NCBI GenBank assembly: GCA_031370005.1
Contig: JANMPT010000117.1
Location: 24,242-88,241, forward strand
Length of the DNA: 64,000 nt
Reading direction: 5' to 3'
Source of the DNA: Bdellovibrionales bacterium
GTDB lineage: Bacteria > Bdellovibrionota > Bdellovibrionia > Bdellovibrionales > Bdellovibrionaceae
In this document: positions 47,038-56,654 of the stretch, piece after piece
Position numbering within the stretch: the stretch's first letter is position 1
How the letters are laid out: each line of letters starts with the position of its first letter
Made by a program: the position numbers and the translations under genes
Notes under the pieces: generated by a model
Databases searched by the model: none
Told to the model about the DNA's origin: nothing
What the model saw: only the letters and a program-made list of their open reading frames with translations

Positions 47038-47994
47038 ATGAAAGCATTTCTGAACCCCAATAGATTCTTGATAGGTTGTGTCCTTTCTTTAGGGCTCATG
47101 GCCTGTAATAGTAGCCCCCGTGGAATAAATGCTTTAGATCAGTCAAGTGCCGCCGGATTCAGTATGGCGACAAGTGGCGCCGATGGTTGGATTCCAGGTC
47201 AGCCAACACCTACGCCAACTCCAACGCCGGCTCCGGTAATTGATCCAACACCTACGCCAACTCCTACACCGGCTCCAACACCTTGCAGTGGTTGTCGTTG
47301 TGGTCACGGAGATCATGATGACCGCGATGACCATGATGACAACGATGACCATGATGACAACGATGACAAGTACGGAGATCATGATGAATCAGAGGCGAGT
47401 GCCGGTGTGTGTGATGTCTTTAAGGACGCCGAGGAGCTTGATTCTTTGACCGTGACTCCTTCGAGCCTGGATGTTCTTTTAGCAAATAAAGCGGGTCGAC
47501 AAAAGGTTCTCGCGGCTAGAAACTTAGAGGTTCAAAATATCTCTGGCGGCTTTACTACAAATTCCGCAATGAATATCACCTCTATCACTGGTGTTGCTGG
47601 TAATAGTTATGTAATTGTTTCTGGCAACATTGGTTCTATCAGTAATATAAGCGGAAGTGTACGTATAGACCATGCCACAGATATCGGTACGATTAGTGGA
47701 ATCTCTGGCATTCTGCAGCTTAATGCGCGTAGCTTGGGTAGCCTGAATAGGATGGCTGGAGACGCGTGTATCAGAGCAAGAATCATTGGTAAGATTGAAT
47801 CAACGGCAGGTAAGAAAGTGATTGTCGCGCGGGAAATAGATCAATTGTCTACTTCAGCCGGCGTAGTTCACATCTATGGGGCCGCAGTAAAGCTTCTTAA
47901 GAATAGTGCAGGCAAGGTCTGCTTACATGATGGAGCAAGAATTCTCAACTATAGCAATGTTGTTGGGTATGTTGGCACATGTAAAGAAAGATAA
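47038..47994 (+). CDS. Paralogous beta-solenoid lipoprotein with a PT linker and His/Asp-rich tract
   Basis: Lipobox LMAC, PTPTPT repeats, CSGCRC, DDHDD repeats. C-terminus is nearly the same as the upstream paralog (CLHDGAxxLNYSNVxGxVGxCK). Confidence 0.78.
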   Translation: MKAFLNPNRFLIGCVLSLGLMACNSSPRGINALDQSSAAGFSMATSGADGWIPGQPTPTPTPTPAPVIDPTPTPTPTPAPTPCSGCRCGHGDHDDRDDHDDNDDHDDNDDKYGDHDESEASAGVCDVFKDAEELDSLTVTPSSLDVLLANKAGRQKVLAARNLEVQNISGGFTTNSAMNITSITGVAGNSYVIVSGNIGSISNISGSVRIDHATDIGTISGISGILQLNARSLGSLNRMAGDACIRARIIGKIESTAGKKVIVAREIDQLSTSAGVVHIYGAAVKLLKNSAGKVCLHDGARILNYSNVVGYVGTCKER

Positions 47995-48020
47995 AATTAA
48001 GATAGGCTTTTAGGTTACTA

Positions 48021-48051
48021 AAGAAGGCCCTGGTATTACCGGGGCCTTCTT
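48021..48051. terminator. Bidirectional terminator hairpin
   Basis: AAGAAGGCCCTGGTA-T-TACCGGGGCCTTCTT between convergent genes. Confidence 0.75.
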
Positions 48052-49054
48052 ATTTTTCTTCCATTTTTATTTTTATTTTCTTAAGAACACGTGCTTCCAT
48101 TTGGCGAACGGCCTCGCGAGTAATGCCGTGTTTTTCACCTATTTCTTGTAAAGTCAGAGGCTCGTCGTTTAGGAGTCTTTCATCTAGAATAATTTGTTCA
48201 CGACTTGAGAGCTCAGTGCGGATTTCTTTTAGTTTTTCTCTGAGTATTTCAAGTTCTTCCTCGTGGGCCATTTTATCATCCAGGCCCATGTCGGAAGTTG
48301 ATTTTTGCATATCCATCAGTGTCCCGCCGGACTCCCCATCAAGAGGGCGATCAAGACTGATGTCGTGAGTTGCCATTCTTTGAGCCATTTGCTCAACTTC
48401 GTCTTGAGGAATGCCAAGACGAGAGCTGATGAGTGCAAGATTGGGCTCATGGCCGAAGGCATCAAGATTATCTTTTTCCTTTTGTAGCTGATAGAAAAGT
48501 TTTCTTTGATTCTGAGTAGTGCCAATACGGACCATGGAGTATTGACGCATAAGATATTCCTGAATGTAACCGCGAATCCACCAAACAGCATAGGTAATAA
48601 GTCTTGCACCTTTGTAAGGGTTGAATTCGCGAACTGCATGCATCAAACCAATATTGCCTTCTTGAACAAGATCAATCATCTTTGCGCCGAACTTGGAGTA
48701 CTCCGCTGCAATTTTTACGACAAAACGCAGGTTTGATTTAACAAGAATTTGTGCAGCTTCATGGTCTTTGGTTTCAAAATATTTTTTTGCAATCTCTTGC
48801 TCCTTCTCTTTACTCAGCACCGGGTATTTGCGTACATCGCTGAGATAAATTGCAAGAGGGTCAGTGGTTGTAATGGCCCTGCCAGAACTGCTAGTAACTA
48901 GGCTTTTGTTGGGGTGTGCTTTGCGGTCGAATTTTTTTTCAACCTCTGGTACGACGAAGTCGTCGTCTAAGAGTTCTGCAACTACACTTTTAGCTTTGGT
49001 GGGCTTCGTAGTAGATTTTTTAGATGGCTTTTTTTTTTTGGAATTTAATGTCAT
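48050..49054 (-). CDS. rpoH: RNA polymerase sigma-32 factor
   Basis: NLRFVVKIA, DLVQEGNIGLM, YAVWWIR, RpoH box QRKLFYQL. Confidence 0.9.
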   Translation of the reverse strand: MTLNSKKKKPSKKSTTKPTKAKSVVAELLDDDFVVPEVEKKFDRKAHPNKSLVTSSSGRAITTTDPLAIYLSDVRKYPVLSKEKEQEIAKKYFETKDHEAAQILVKSNLRFVVKIAAEYSKFGAKMIDLVQEGNIGLMHAVREFNPYKGARLITYAVWWIRGYIQEYLMRQYSMVRIGTTQNQRKLFYQLQKEKDNLDAFGHEPNLALISSRLGIPQDEVEQMAQRMATHDISLDRPLDGESGGTLMDMQKSTSDMGLDDKMAHEEELEILREKLKEIRTELSSREQIILDERLLNDEPLTLQEIGEKHGITREAVRQMEARVLKKIKIKMEEK

Positions 49055-49060
49055 AGGTTC

Positions 49061-49366
49061 TTAAGCCAGATATTTTATGAGTTTCTTTTGCAAAGTTTCT
49101 TGAACTTTACTCTTAAATGGAGTCAAAAGCATAGGGAGATCGACAAGGATCTGAATTTTACTACCCGTACCTTGTGCCTGGACAGATATATCAGCTTTAA
49201 ATTGGCTACCTCTAATGGAGCCATCCAGAGCGTTGTCACTGAACTGGCACGTCATTTTTGAATCGAAGCGTCGAATATCCTCATCTTCACTCATGAAGAG
49301 CTTGATTTTCTCAAAGGCCGCTTTTGCACTGTGTGAGCTGGTATGCTCGATCGTAAATTTTGGCAT
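49061..49366 (-). CDS. Small protein of the putative polyhydroxyalkanoic-acid-system family
   Basis: MPKFTIEH...VDLPMLLTPFKSKVQE pattern. Confidence 0.6.
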   Translation of the reverse strand: MPKFTIEHTSSHSAKAAFEKIKLFMSEDEDIRRFDSKMTCQFSDNALDGSIRGSQFKADISVQAQGTGSKIQILVDLPMLLTPFKSKVQETLQKKLIKYLA

Positions 49367-49428
49367 TCTCGGACTTTACAATAGTTGGATTTTGACTGCA
49401 ATAAAACATCGTGTCAGAATCAAAAACT

Positions 49429-51255
49429 ATGAAATTTGTTAAAGATATCAAAAGAACAGAGTATTGCGGGAAGATGAGCTCAAAACTGGTTGGCCAAAAG
49501 GTCGTGCTTATGGGTTGGGTGGATTCCCGCCGCGACCACGGAAGTTTGGTTTTTATCGATCTCCGGGATCGTGAGGGGATCGTTCAAGTCGTGTTGGATC
49601 CTAACAAACCCGAAACAGCGTCCTCAAAAAATCTTCGTGGTGAGTTTGTTGTCGCAGTGGAGGGTATTGTGCGTGCTCGACCTGAGGGCATGAAAAATAT
49701 GAAAGTAAAAACTGGTGAGATTGAAATAGAGGCCCTGCGTTGCGAGATCTTAAATGAAGCAGCGGTGCCTCCGTTTCAAGTCGATGATAAAAATGTGAAC
49801 GAAACTTTGCGTTTAAAATATCGTTATTTAGATCTTCGTTCGCCGCGCTTGATCAATCATCTCGTGACTCGACACAAGGTAGCCCAATTGGTTCGGCGAT
49901 TTTTGTCCGATAATGGTTTTCTCGAAGTCGAGACTCCGATACTTTTTAAGTCAACACCTGAAGGCGCACGTGATTATTTGGTGCCCTCACGTGTGAATCA
50001 GGGAAGTTTTTATGCTTTGCCACAATCTCCGCAAATCTTGAAGCAACTTTTGATGGTTTCTGGCTATGACCGTTATTTTCAGATAGCCCGCTGCTTTCGA
50101 GACGAGGATTTACGAGCAGATCGTCAGCCAGAATTTTCTCAAATCGACATTGAGATGTCTTTTATCGATGAAGAGGACATTATACAGCTCAACGAAAAAC
50201 TTCTTCGTACAATCTGGAAAGAAATAAAAGGCATGGAGGTTGGTGCCTTGCCTCGTATAACTTATCAAGAAGCAATGGATCGTTTTGGGAACGATAAGCC
50301 AGATACTCGTTTTGGTATGGAGATCAAAGATCTTAAAGCCGTTGTAAGCGGTTCTGGCTTTAAAGTTTTTGATGATGTGATTGCCCGCAACGGAGTTGTT
50401 CGCGGGATTCCTGTGCCCAAAGGCGGTACTTTTTCCCGTGGTCAACTTGATAAGCTTACGGACATTGCAAAGCGCGCTGGCGCGAAAGGGCTTGTGTGGA
50501 TTAAAGCGGAGGCTGATGGAGCTTACGCCTCTCCAGTTTCTAAGTTTTTTAGTTCAGAAAAACTTGGCGAAATATTTAAGGCGACGGGTGCTCAGTCCGG
50601 AGATTGTGCGTTGATTGTCGCGGATGATTTTGATCCGGCCTGTGCCGCACTTTCCACAATACGTTTGCATTTGGGTAAAGAATTAAACTTAATTGACAGC
50701 TCTAAATACAATTTTTTATGGGTTGTAGACTTTCCAGCTTTTGAGTACTCCCCAGATGATAAGCGATGGGTTTCAAGACATCATCCGTTTACTTCGCCAA
50801 AAGAAGAGTTCGCTCAGGATCTTATCGATGGCAAAGAATCTTCCTATGGTAGTATGCTTGCAAAAGCCTATGACCTTGTTTGTAACGGATACGAGATGGG
50901 TGGCGGAAGTATTCGTATATACCGCACAGAGTTGCAACAAGCGATGTTTCGACTTTTGGGTATGGACAAAGAAGAGCAAGAGGAAAAATTTGGGTTCTTG
51001 CTGGAGGCTTTGAAGTATGGGGCGCCACCTCACGGCGGTATTGCCTGGGGTCTAGATCGTCTTGTAATGCTTTTGTGTAACACGGATGCCATTCGTGAGG
51101 TGATTGCCTTTCCGAAAACTGCAAGGGCCACTTGTTTAATGTCAGCTTGCCCAAGCGAAGTTAGTCGTGATCAGCTTACAGAGGTAGGCATCAAGCTTAC
51201 ACCATTAGCGGAAAAAGCAGTGGAGGAAGCACACAAAGCATTCATTGCTGACTGA
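49429..51255 (+). CDS. aspS: Aspartyl-tRNA synthetase, probably non-discriminating
   Basis: RLKYRYLDLR, TPEGARDY, FRDEDLRADRQPEF, PPHGGIAWGLDR. RRDHG and RPEG in the anticodon-binding domain. Confidence 0.97.
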   Translation: MKFVKDIKRTEYCGKMSSKLVGQKVVLMGWVDSRRDHGSLVFIDLRDREGIVQVVLDPNKPETASSKNLRGEFVVAVEGIVRARPEGMKNMKVKTGEIEIEALRCEILNEAAVPPFQVDDKNVNETLRLKYRYLDLRSPRLINHLVTRHKVAQLVRRFLSDNGFLEVETPILFKSTPEGARDYLVPSRVNQGSFYALPQSPQILKQLLMVSGYDRYFQIARCFRDEDLRADRQPEFSQIDIEMSFIDEEDIIQLNEKLLRTIWKEIKGMEVGALPRITYQEAMDRFGNDKPDTRFGMEIKDLKAVVSGSGFKVFDDVIARNGVVRGIPVPKGGTFSRGQLDKLTDIAKRAGAKGLVWIKAEADGAYASPVSKFFSSEKLGEIFKATGAQSGDCALIVADDFDPACAALSTIRLHLGKELNLIDSSKYNFLWVVDFPAFEYSPDDKRWVSRHHPFTSPKEEFAQDLIDGKESSYGSMLAKAYDLVCNGYEMGGGSIRIYRTELQQAMFRLLGMDKEEQEEKFGFLLEALKYGAPPHGGIAWGLDRLVMLLCNTDAIREVIAFPKTARATCLMSACPSEVSRDQLTEVGIKLTPLAEKAVEEAHKAFIAD

Positions 51256-51290
51256 TTTTTACAGTTCTCTTTTATACAAAGGCAACCTCT

Positions 51291-52388
51291 ATGTTACAGC
51301 CGCAAAAGCCACTTTCAAAATACACGCCGAAACTTTTTACACCGATTCGCATCCGCGACTTGAATATTAAAAATCGAATTTTCGTATCGTCGATGTGCCA
51401 GTATTCGGCTGTGGAAGGTGTTCCTAATAATTGGCACCTTGTCCATTTGGGCAGTCGCGCCGTGGGCGGGGCGGGTCTTGTTATGGTGGAAGCCACAGCC
51501 GTTCGAGCAGTCGGCAGAATTTCCTTGGCAGATTTGGGAATCTGGAATGATCAACAGATGCAGGCGTATCGCCCCATCGTGGCTTTTTTAAAAGAACATG
51601 GAGCTGTTCCTGGAATTCAGTTAGCGCATGCAGGAAGAAAAGCCTCTATGGCGTCGCCATGGCAGGGGGGGCGCTCTATTGATGACAAGCAGGGCGGTTG
51701 GGAGCCTGAAGGGCCAAGTCCATTGCCTTTTAGTGATAAGCATGTGACGCCTCGTGAACTCACAAAAAAAGATATTGAATCCATCATTGATGATTTTGCT
51801 ATGGCCGCAAAACGTAGCCTTGAGGCGGGTTTTGAAGTCGTTGAAATTCATGCGGCCCATGGCTATTTAATGAATGAATTTTTGTCGCCTCTTTCAAATC
51901 ACCGGACTGATGAATATGGTGGTAGTATTGAAAATCGAATGCGTTTTCCCTTAGCGGTGGCAACGTGCATTCGTAAAATTTGGCCTGCCAAATGGCCGGT
52001 GTTTGTACGAATTTCAGCAACAGATTGGGTGGATAAGGGCTGGGACCTGTCACAAAGCATTGTGTTTGCAAAGCAGCTTAAGGAAATTGGCATTGATTTA
52101 ATTGATTGCTCTTCTGGAGGAAACTCCCCGCAAGCACAAATTCCTGTCGGTCCTGGATATCAAGTTCCTTTTGCTGCGGCTATTCGCGATCAAGTTCAGA
52201 TTTTCACGGGAGCGGTGGGAGTCATAACTAAGGGCGCGCAAGCTGAACAAATTCTTCAAGAGGGCGAAGCAGATGTGCTCTTTTTAGGGCGCGAGTTTTT
52301 GCGCGATCCTTACTTTCCCCTTCATGCCGCAAAAGAGCTTGGGGTGGAAGTGGAATGGCCTATGCAATACGACAGAGCAAAACCTTAG
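51291..52388 (+). CDS. NADH:flavin oxidoreductase (Old Yellow Enzyme, YqjM/NamA-like)
   Basis: SMCQYSA, QLAHAGRKAS, EIHAAHGYL, NHRTDEYGGS, GREFLRDPY. Confidence 0.92.
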   Translation: MLQPQKPLSKYTPKLFTPIRIRDLNIKNRIFVSSMCQYSAVEGVPNNWHLVHLGSRAVGGAGLVMVEATAVRAVGRISLADLGIWNDQQMQAYRPIVAFLKEHGAVPGIQLAHAGRKASMASPWQGGRSIDDKQGGWEPEGPSPLPFSDKHVTPRELTKKDIESIIDDFAMAAKRSLEAGFEVVEIHAAHGYLMNEFLSPLSNHRTDEYGGSIENRMRFPLAVATCIRKIWPAKWPVFVRISATDWVDKGWDLSQSIVFAKQLKEIGIDLIDCSSGGNSPQAQIPVGPGYQVPFAAAIRDQVQIFTGAVGVITKGAQAEQILQEGEADVLFLGREFLRDPYFPLHAAKELGVEVEWPMQYDRAKP

Positions 52389-52409
52389 TCTGGTTTTTTG
52401 AAAAGTGTC

Positions 52410-52436
52410 TCAAGTTTAAACGTCTCAAGCCGATAC
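52410..52436 (+). promoter_or_regulatory. Sigma-28 (FliA) promoter
   Basis: TCAAGTTT-N11-GCCGATAC versus consensus TAAAGTTT-N11-GCCGATAA. Confidence 0.75.
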
Positions 52437-52465
52437 GTAGATATGAACTCACATGGAGGTGAGAG

Positions 52466-52858
52466 ATGGAAAAGATCAGCCGCATATTACCACCAAGCAG
52501 ACGGGTTGTAGCAACCGACGTCGAGAGTTCACAACCGGTTCGTCCGGGAGCCCCCGACTTTGGTCGACCGACGCAAAAGCCCCTGGATATTCAGGATCGA
52601 GTGAGTCTCAGTTCGTTAGTGAATAATCGCAGTGCCGAACCCACGACATATAAGAACACCAAAGACGGTGCCCGAGCCCGTGTTGTTGAAGATATGGCAG
52701 AAAAGTTCTTTAACCCACGAACGATAGCTAAAGAGGGCGAAGGAACAAGGTCGGAGGAGACACTTAAAAGAATGGAAGAAAACAAGTCCTTCTCGCAAGT
52801 TACTCCGGAGACAGCACAAAAACCTGCTGAAGAAGATCGGCAGATTCTTCCGCTCTAA
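52466..52858 (+). CDS. Hypothetical protein, probably FliA-regulated
   Basis: GGAGG RBS, DRVSLS motif, sigma-28 promoter upstream. Confidence 0.75.
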   Translation: MEKISRILPPSRRVVATDVESSQPVRPGAPDFGRPTQKPLDIQDRVSLSSLVNNRSAEPTTYKNTKDGARARVVEDMAEKFFNPRTIAKEGEGTRSEETLKRMEENKSFSQVTPETAQKPAEEDRQILPL

Positions 52859-53958
52859 ATTTTTTCAACCAAAAAACCATTTTCTTCCAGGGAACATATT
52901 CTATATGCCCCCTGGAGTTTTCTGTTTCCATTAGTAATCTTTTCCACCACCAGGATATAGTCCAAACTTAAATGAATTAATCGTCTAATGGCTTGAAGAC
53001 TCCACTGTGGTGCCCCGATCTGAATCAACATTTCTAATCGAATCAAAGCCTGTCGTGGATCGCATGCGTGTAGAGTTCCAAAGCTGCCGCTATGGCCAGT
53101 GGCTAAAGCCATTAAGAGATCTTTTGCTTCGGCTCCGCGAATTTCCCCCATCACAATGCGGTCTGGGCGCAGTCGTAGTGAGTGCCTAAGCAGCTCGCTT
53201 TGATCAATGGTTTTTAGCAAGCCTTGAGGATCTTCACGCGTGATCATCTTCATACAAGAGGAGTTCGGCAGTTCAATCTCGGGGATATCTTCGATGACAA
53301 TTGCTCTTTCATTGGCAGGAATTTCTTGTAAAAGAGCATTAATTAAAGATGTTTTCCCTGTGCCGGTTCCTCCTGCTATGAGAAAGTTTTTTTTCATAGC
53401 AATCATTTTGCGTAGTTTAGCAATTTCAGTCTCGGAAGCCCATTTTTGTTCCTCGAGTTTTGCCAAGGTCCAAGGATTCTTGGGGTGGCGGCGCAAGGAG
53501 AGGTGGTGATGATTGCGAGTCAGTTCTTGGCGAACCAAAGTTAGACGAAATTCTTTAAACTGTCCGGTTGTCGCCGGATACTCCACGGTACTTTGACAGC
53601 GTGATTGCTCGCAAAGACGGTGCAGGCTGTTTGTGTAAGTTACTTCTGATAAAAAAAGATCCGGATGTTTTTGCAATCGCCCTTGTTTTTCATACCATAT
53701 AGATTCGGGGCCATTAACTAAGATCTCTGTAACTTCAGAATCCACCAAAAGACTCTCTAGGGGACCAAAGGAAAAGTATTCAGCTAGAATTCGTTGGCGA
53801 ACCTCGCTTGATGAGAGCTCTAGTGCTCCTTCGATTGTTTGCTTGAATTTCTCGGCATTTTGCGTGCGCCAGAAATCATCGTGACCATATCCTCGCTCAG
53901 AGATTTCGCGCAGTCGTTCTTGAGTTTTTGTAAATACACTTTGAAGTGCATTATTCAT
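52855..53958 (-). CDS. cpaF: Tad/Flp pilus ATPase, CpaF/TadA family
   Basis: EILVNG, GGTGTGKT, IEDIPE, LRLRPDRIVMGEIRG, TGHSGSFGTLHA. Confidence 0.88.
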   Translation of the reverse strand: MNNALQSVFTKTQERLREISERGYGHDDFWRTQNAEKFKQTIEGALELSSSEVRQRILAEYFSFGPLESLLVDSEVTEILVNGPESIWYEKQGRLQKHPDLFLSEVTYTNSLHRLCEQSRCQSTVEYPATTGQFKEFRLTLVRQELTRNHHHLSLRRHPKNPWTLAKLEEQKWASETEIAKLRKMIAMKKNFLIAGGTGTGKTSLINALLQEIPANERAIVIEDIPEIELPNSSCMKMITREDPQGLLKTIDQSELLRHSLRLRPDRIVMGEIRGAEAKDLLMALATGHSGSFGTLHACDPRQALIRLEMLIQIGAPQWSLQAIRRLIHLSLDYILVVEKITNGNRKLQGAYRICSLEENGFLVEKI

Positions 53959-55270
53959 GGCTTAGATCTCCAAGATGATGCGGGCGCTCCGCTAAAGGCA
54001 CCATGGAGTCTTCCTTCATTATGTCAGGGCGGACAAGAATAACCAGTTCAGTGCGATTTTCTTTGAAGTCGCGACTTGAAAACAAGGCGCCTAGGATGGG
54101 AATACGACTGAGTAAAGGCAGCCCTTCTGTCGAATTGCCCTCTTCGTTTTTGATCAGGCCTGAAAGAACAATAGTTTGAGGCTTGGTCAGATCAAAGTGG
54201 CTTGAAATGCGATTGGTGAGAAGTCCAGGAATGCCCTCCACAGTGCGGCTGTTATCGATCGTAGAAACTTCGGTTTCAATGGCGATACTCATTCGCCCTG
54301 AGGAGTCTGCTTTGGGTTTTATCTTTAGAAGAACCCCGTACTTCTTCCAGATCACATCTTGAGTTTTAAAATTAATTAGCTTGATTGGAAACTCGCCCCC
54401 AGCGAGAAACTCGGCCTCCTTGCCGCTGCGACAGAGAAGATTGGGACTTGCTAAAATCCTGCCGAGTCCTTGTTGCTCAAAGGCTTGAGCATTGAACATC
54501 ATATTCTCAAATTCTTTCTGACCATTTTGAAGGAGTGTCGCTGAATAGCTTGACGGCCATTGAATGCCATACTTCACTGCAAAATCTCTTCGGACTTCAG
54601 CTACAGTGATTTGCACTTTCACTACTGGTTCAATATCCAAAGCTTGACTATCTTTTTCAAGCTGCACCCCATAAGGCCCTAAGATTTCTTCATATTTTGT
54701 AAACTGTTGAGGGCTAACAGACAATCGTGCCTGTAAAGGGTGTGTAAAGTGAATGGGAACAGAGGAAAGACCAGCAAGGGAGTATTCCTGTTGCCAATAG
54801 CTTCTGGCTTTTGCTTGAATACTGGACGATATCTCTGCGCTCATAGCAAAAGAAACGCCGGTTTCTTCGCTGATTCTAGCTAGCTGTTGCCAATCCTCCC
54901 AACGATAGATTTTTCCAAAAACTGTGACTTGATATTTTTTGATTTTAAGTCGCAGTCCTAAAATTTGATGGAGCTCTTTTTCAAAATTCAGAAGAAGAGT
55001 CTTCTTCAGAGGCTGTATGACTTGCACTTGATAATTTTTGTCCCCTACCTGCAAGGCCGTGGCGCCTTCAGTGTTTCCACTCAAGATCAGGAAGCCACCG
55101 CGTGTAAGAACGGAAAGTATCTTGCGATTTTGAACCCAGACCTGATGATTTGAGGGTATGGGTAATTTGTGGTCCTCGCCAATTTTCAAAACCAGAGATT
55201 CTGCATGCACGAGCGAGGATCGAAAAACTAATAACAAAAACACTGAGACAGCTAAGACCTCTCGACCCAT
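53951..55270 (-). CDS. cpaC: Tad/Flp pilus secretin, CpaC/RcpA family
   Basis: LASPNL...AEFLAGGEFP, IPILGALFSS, TELVILVRP. ATG at 55270 after GAGGTG. Confidence 0.88.
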   Translation of the reverse strand: MGREVLAVSVFLLLVFRSSLVHAESLVLKIGEDHKLPIPSNHQVWVQNRKILSVLTRGGFLILSGNTEGATALQVGDKNYQVQVIQPLKKTLLLNFEKELHQILGLRLKIKKYQVTVFGKIYRWEDWQQLARISEETGVSFAMSAEISSSIQAKARSYWQQEYSLAGLSSVPIHFTHPLQARLSVSPQQFTKYEEILGPYGVQLEKDSQALDIEPVVKVQITVAEVRRDFAVKYGIQWPSSYSATLLQNGQKEFENMMFNAQAFEQQGLGRILASPNLLCRSGKEAEFLAGGEFPIKLINFKTQDVIWKKYGVLLKIKPKADSSGRMSIAIETEVSTIDNSRTVEGIPGLLTNRISSHFDLTKPQTIVLSGLIKNEEGNSTEGLPLLSRIPILGALFSSRDFKENRTELVILVRPDIMKEDSMVPLAERPHHLGDLSHE

Positions 55271-55375
55271 GATACACCTCTGATGGGCGCTCAAGCAAGA
55301 AACGGGCTAACCTCTAGGTAAGCTGAAGTCCCATTTGGGTACAGAAGTCGGACGGGCTTGTCCGATGGCAGAAAG

Positions 55376-56479
55376 CTAAGCCATTGGTAAACTGAAAGAG
55401 ACACAGACGCCTTCGCTCGTGTTTTCAATTTTCAATTTAGATTGATGAAGACTCAGAATTGACTGACAGATGCTAAGCCCAAGCCCCATACCTGTTGAGT
55501 GATTCATCACATCTTCGTCGATAAAAAATGGGCTCAGAATTTTCTCAATCACCTGTGTTTCGACTTGCGGTCCCTTATTTAGTACAGAGTAAATAACCCG
55601 GTCATTATTTTCAGTGGCCTCAATGAAGATCTCTGTATTGTCATAGCCAAACTTCGCGGCATTGTGAACGAGGCGGTTGAGAACTTGACGAATCAACTCC
55701 CGATCTGCGGTGGCTAGCAGACCCATGTTTTTTTCCGATAAAATTTGATGTTTATATTGAAGTACATTGCTGACATCTGCATTGAGAAACTTATCTATTC
55801 CTGAGAAAGAAACTGGGGTAAGATTGACTTTTAATTGCTTGGCCTCGGCGCGAATAATTAACAAAACATCGTCTATAATACCGTGGAGTTTATTGGCTCC
55901 TCGTGAAATGCGATTTACAAAAAGCTTTTGCTCATCGTCCATTTGAGTTTCATTCAGCAGCCCAACAAAGCTTAAAATAGATGTCAACGGTGTTTTCAAT
56001 TCATGATTAATCAGAATCATGAAGTTGCTCTTAGCCTTATCAAGACTCTTCAGCTCATTCAGTGCCTTGGCGAGTTCAATGTTTTTCTTTTTAAGCTCTT
56101 TAGAAATATCATATTTTTGAATCGCTTGATCAACCGTATTGAGTAAGTCTGTGGAGTCCCATGGCTTCGTGAGGTAACGATAGATTTGCCCTTGGTTTAC
56201 TGCTTGAATTACAGATTCGATGTCAGTATAGCCAGTCAAAAGTATACGAAGTGCCTCAGGATGTGATCTTTGAGTTTTTTCTAGAAACTCAACTCCTGTC
56301 ATGCTTGGCATTCGCTGATCGGAGATGATCAAGGCTATACCTGGATTTTCGGCTAGGACCTCTAAGCCTTGTGTGCCAGACGTAGCCTTTAGGACAGTAT
56401 AGTGCTTGCGAAAGAGTCGCTCTAATGCTTCTACATTGTCTAGTTCATCGTCTACGCAAAGAATTATATGCTTCGCCAT
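55376..56479 (-). CDS. Hybrid response regulator / histidine kinase
   Basis: ILCVDDE, ISDQRMP, TKPW, then NHELKTPL and GMGLGL. Confidence 0.93.
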   Translation of the reverse strand: MAKHIILCVDDELDNVEALERLFRKHYTVLKATSGTQGLEVLAENPGIALIISDQRMPSMTGVEFLEKTQRSHPEALRILLTGYTDIESVIQAVNQGQIYRYLTKPWDSTDLLNTVDQAIQKYDISKELKKKNIELAKALNELKSLDKAKSNFMILINHELKTPLTSILSFVGLLNETQMDDEQKLFVNRISRGANKLHGIIDDVLLIIRAEAKQLKVNLTPVSFSGIDKFLNADVSNVLQYKHQILSEKNMGLLATADRELIRQVLNRLVHNAAKFGYDNTEIFIEATENNDRVIYSVLNKGPQVETQVIEKILSPFFIDEDVMNHSTGMGLGLSICQSILSLHQSKLKIENTSEGVCVSFSLPMA

Positions 56480-56654
56480 AAAACTTAGTGTAGAATCGGG
56501 AGGTATAGGTTGTCACGGATGACGACTGCATAAGGATTATGGTCCAGATTCCATACTTCTTTTGCGGATTTGACCAAGTTGTAGTCAAGTCTTGGTCCAC
56601 ACCTGACGATCAGTAAAACGTAGAAGTGTTTTATTTCGATTCAGGAGAGCAAAT

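Noticed and set aside
55294..55310. Sigma-54-like TTAGCCCGTTTCTTGC upstream of cpaC
   Set aside because: It lacks the invariant GG at -24.
56585..56612. Possible sigma-28 promoter TCAAG-N15-GACGATCA before the Gly/Met repeat gene
   Set aside because: Spacing is one base longer than consensus and the -10 element is mismatched. Too weak to call.
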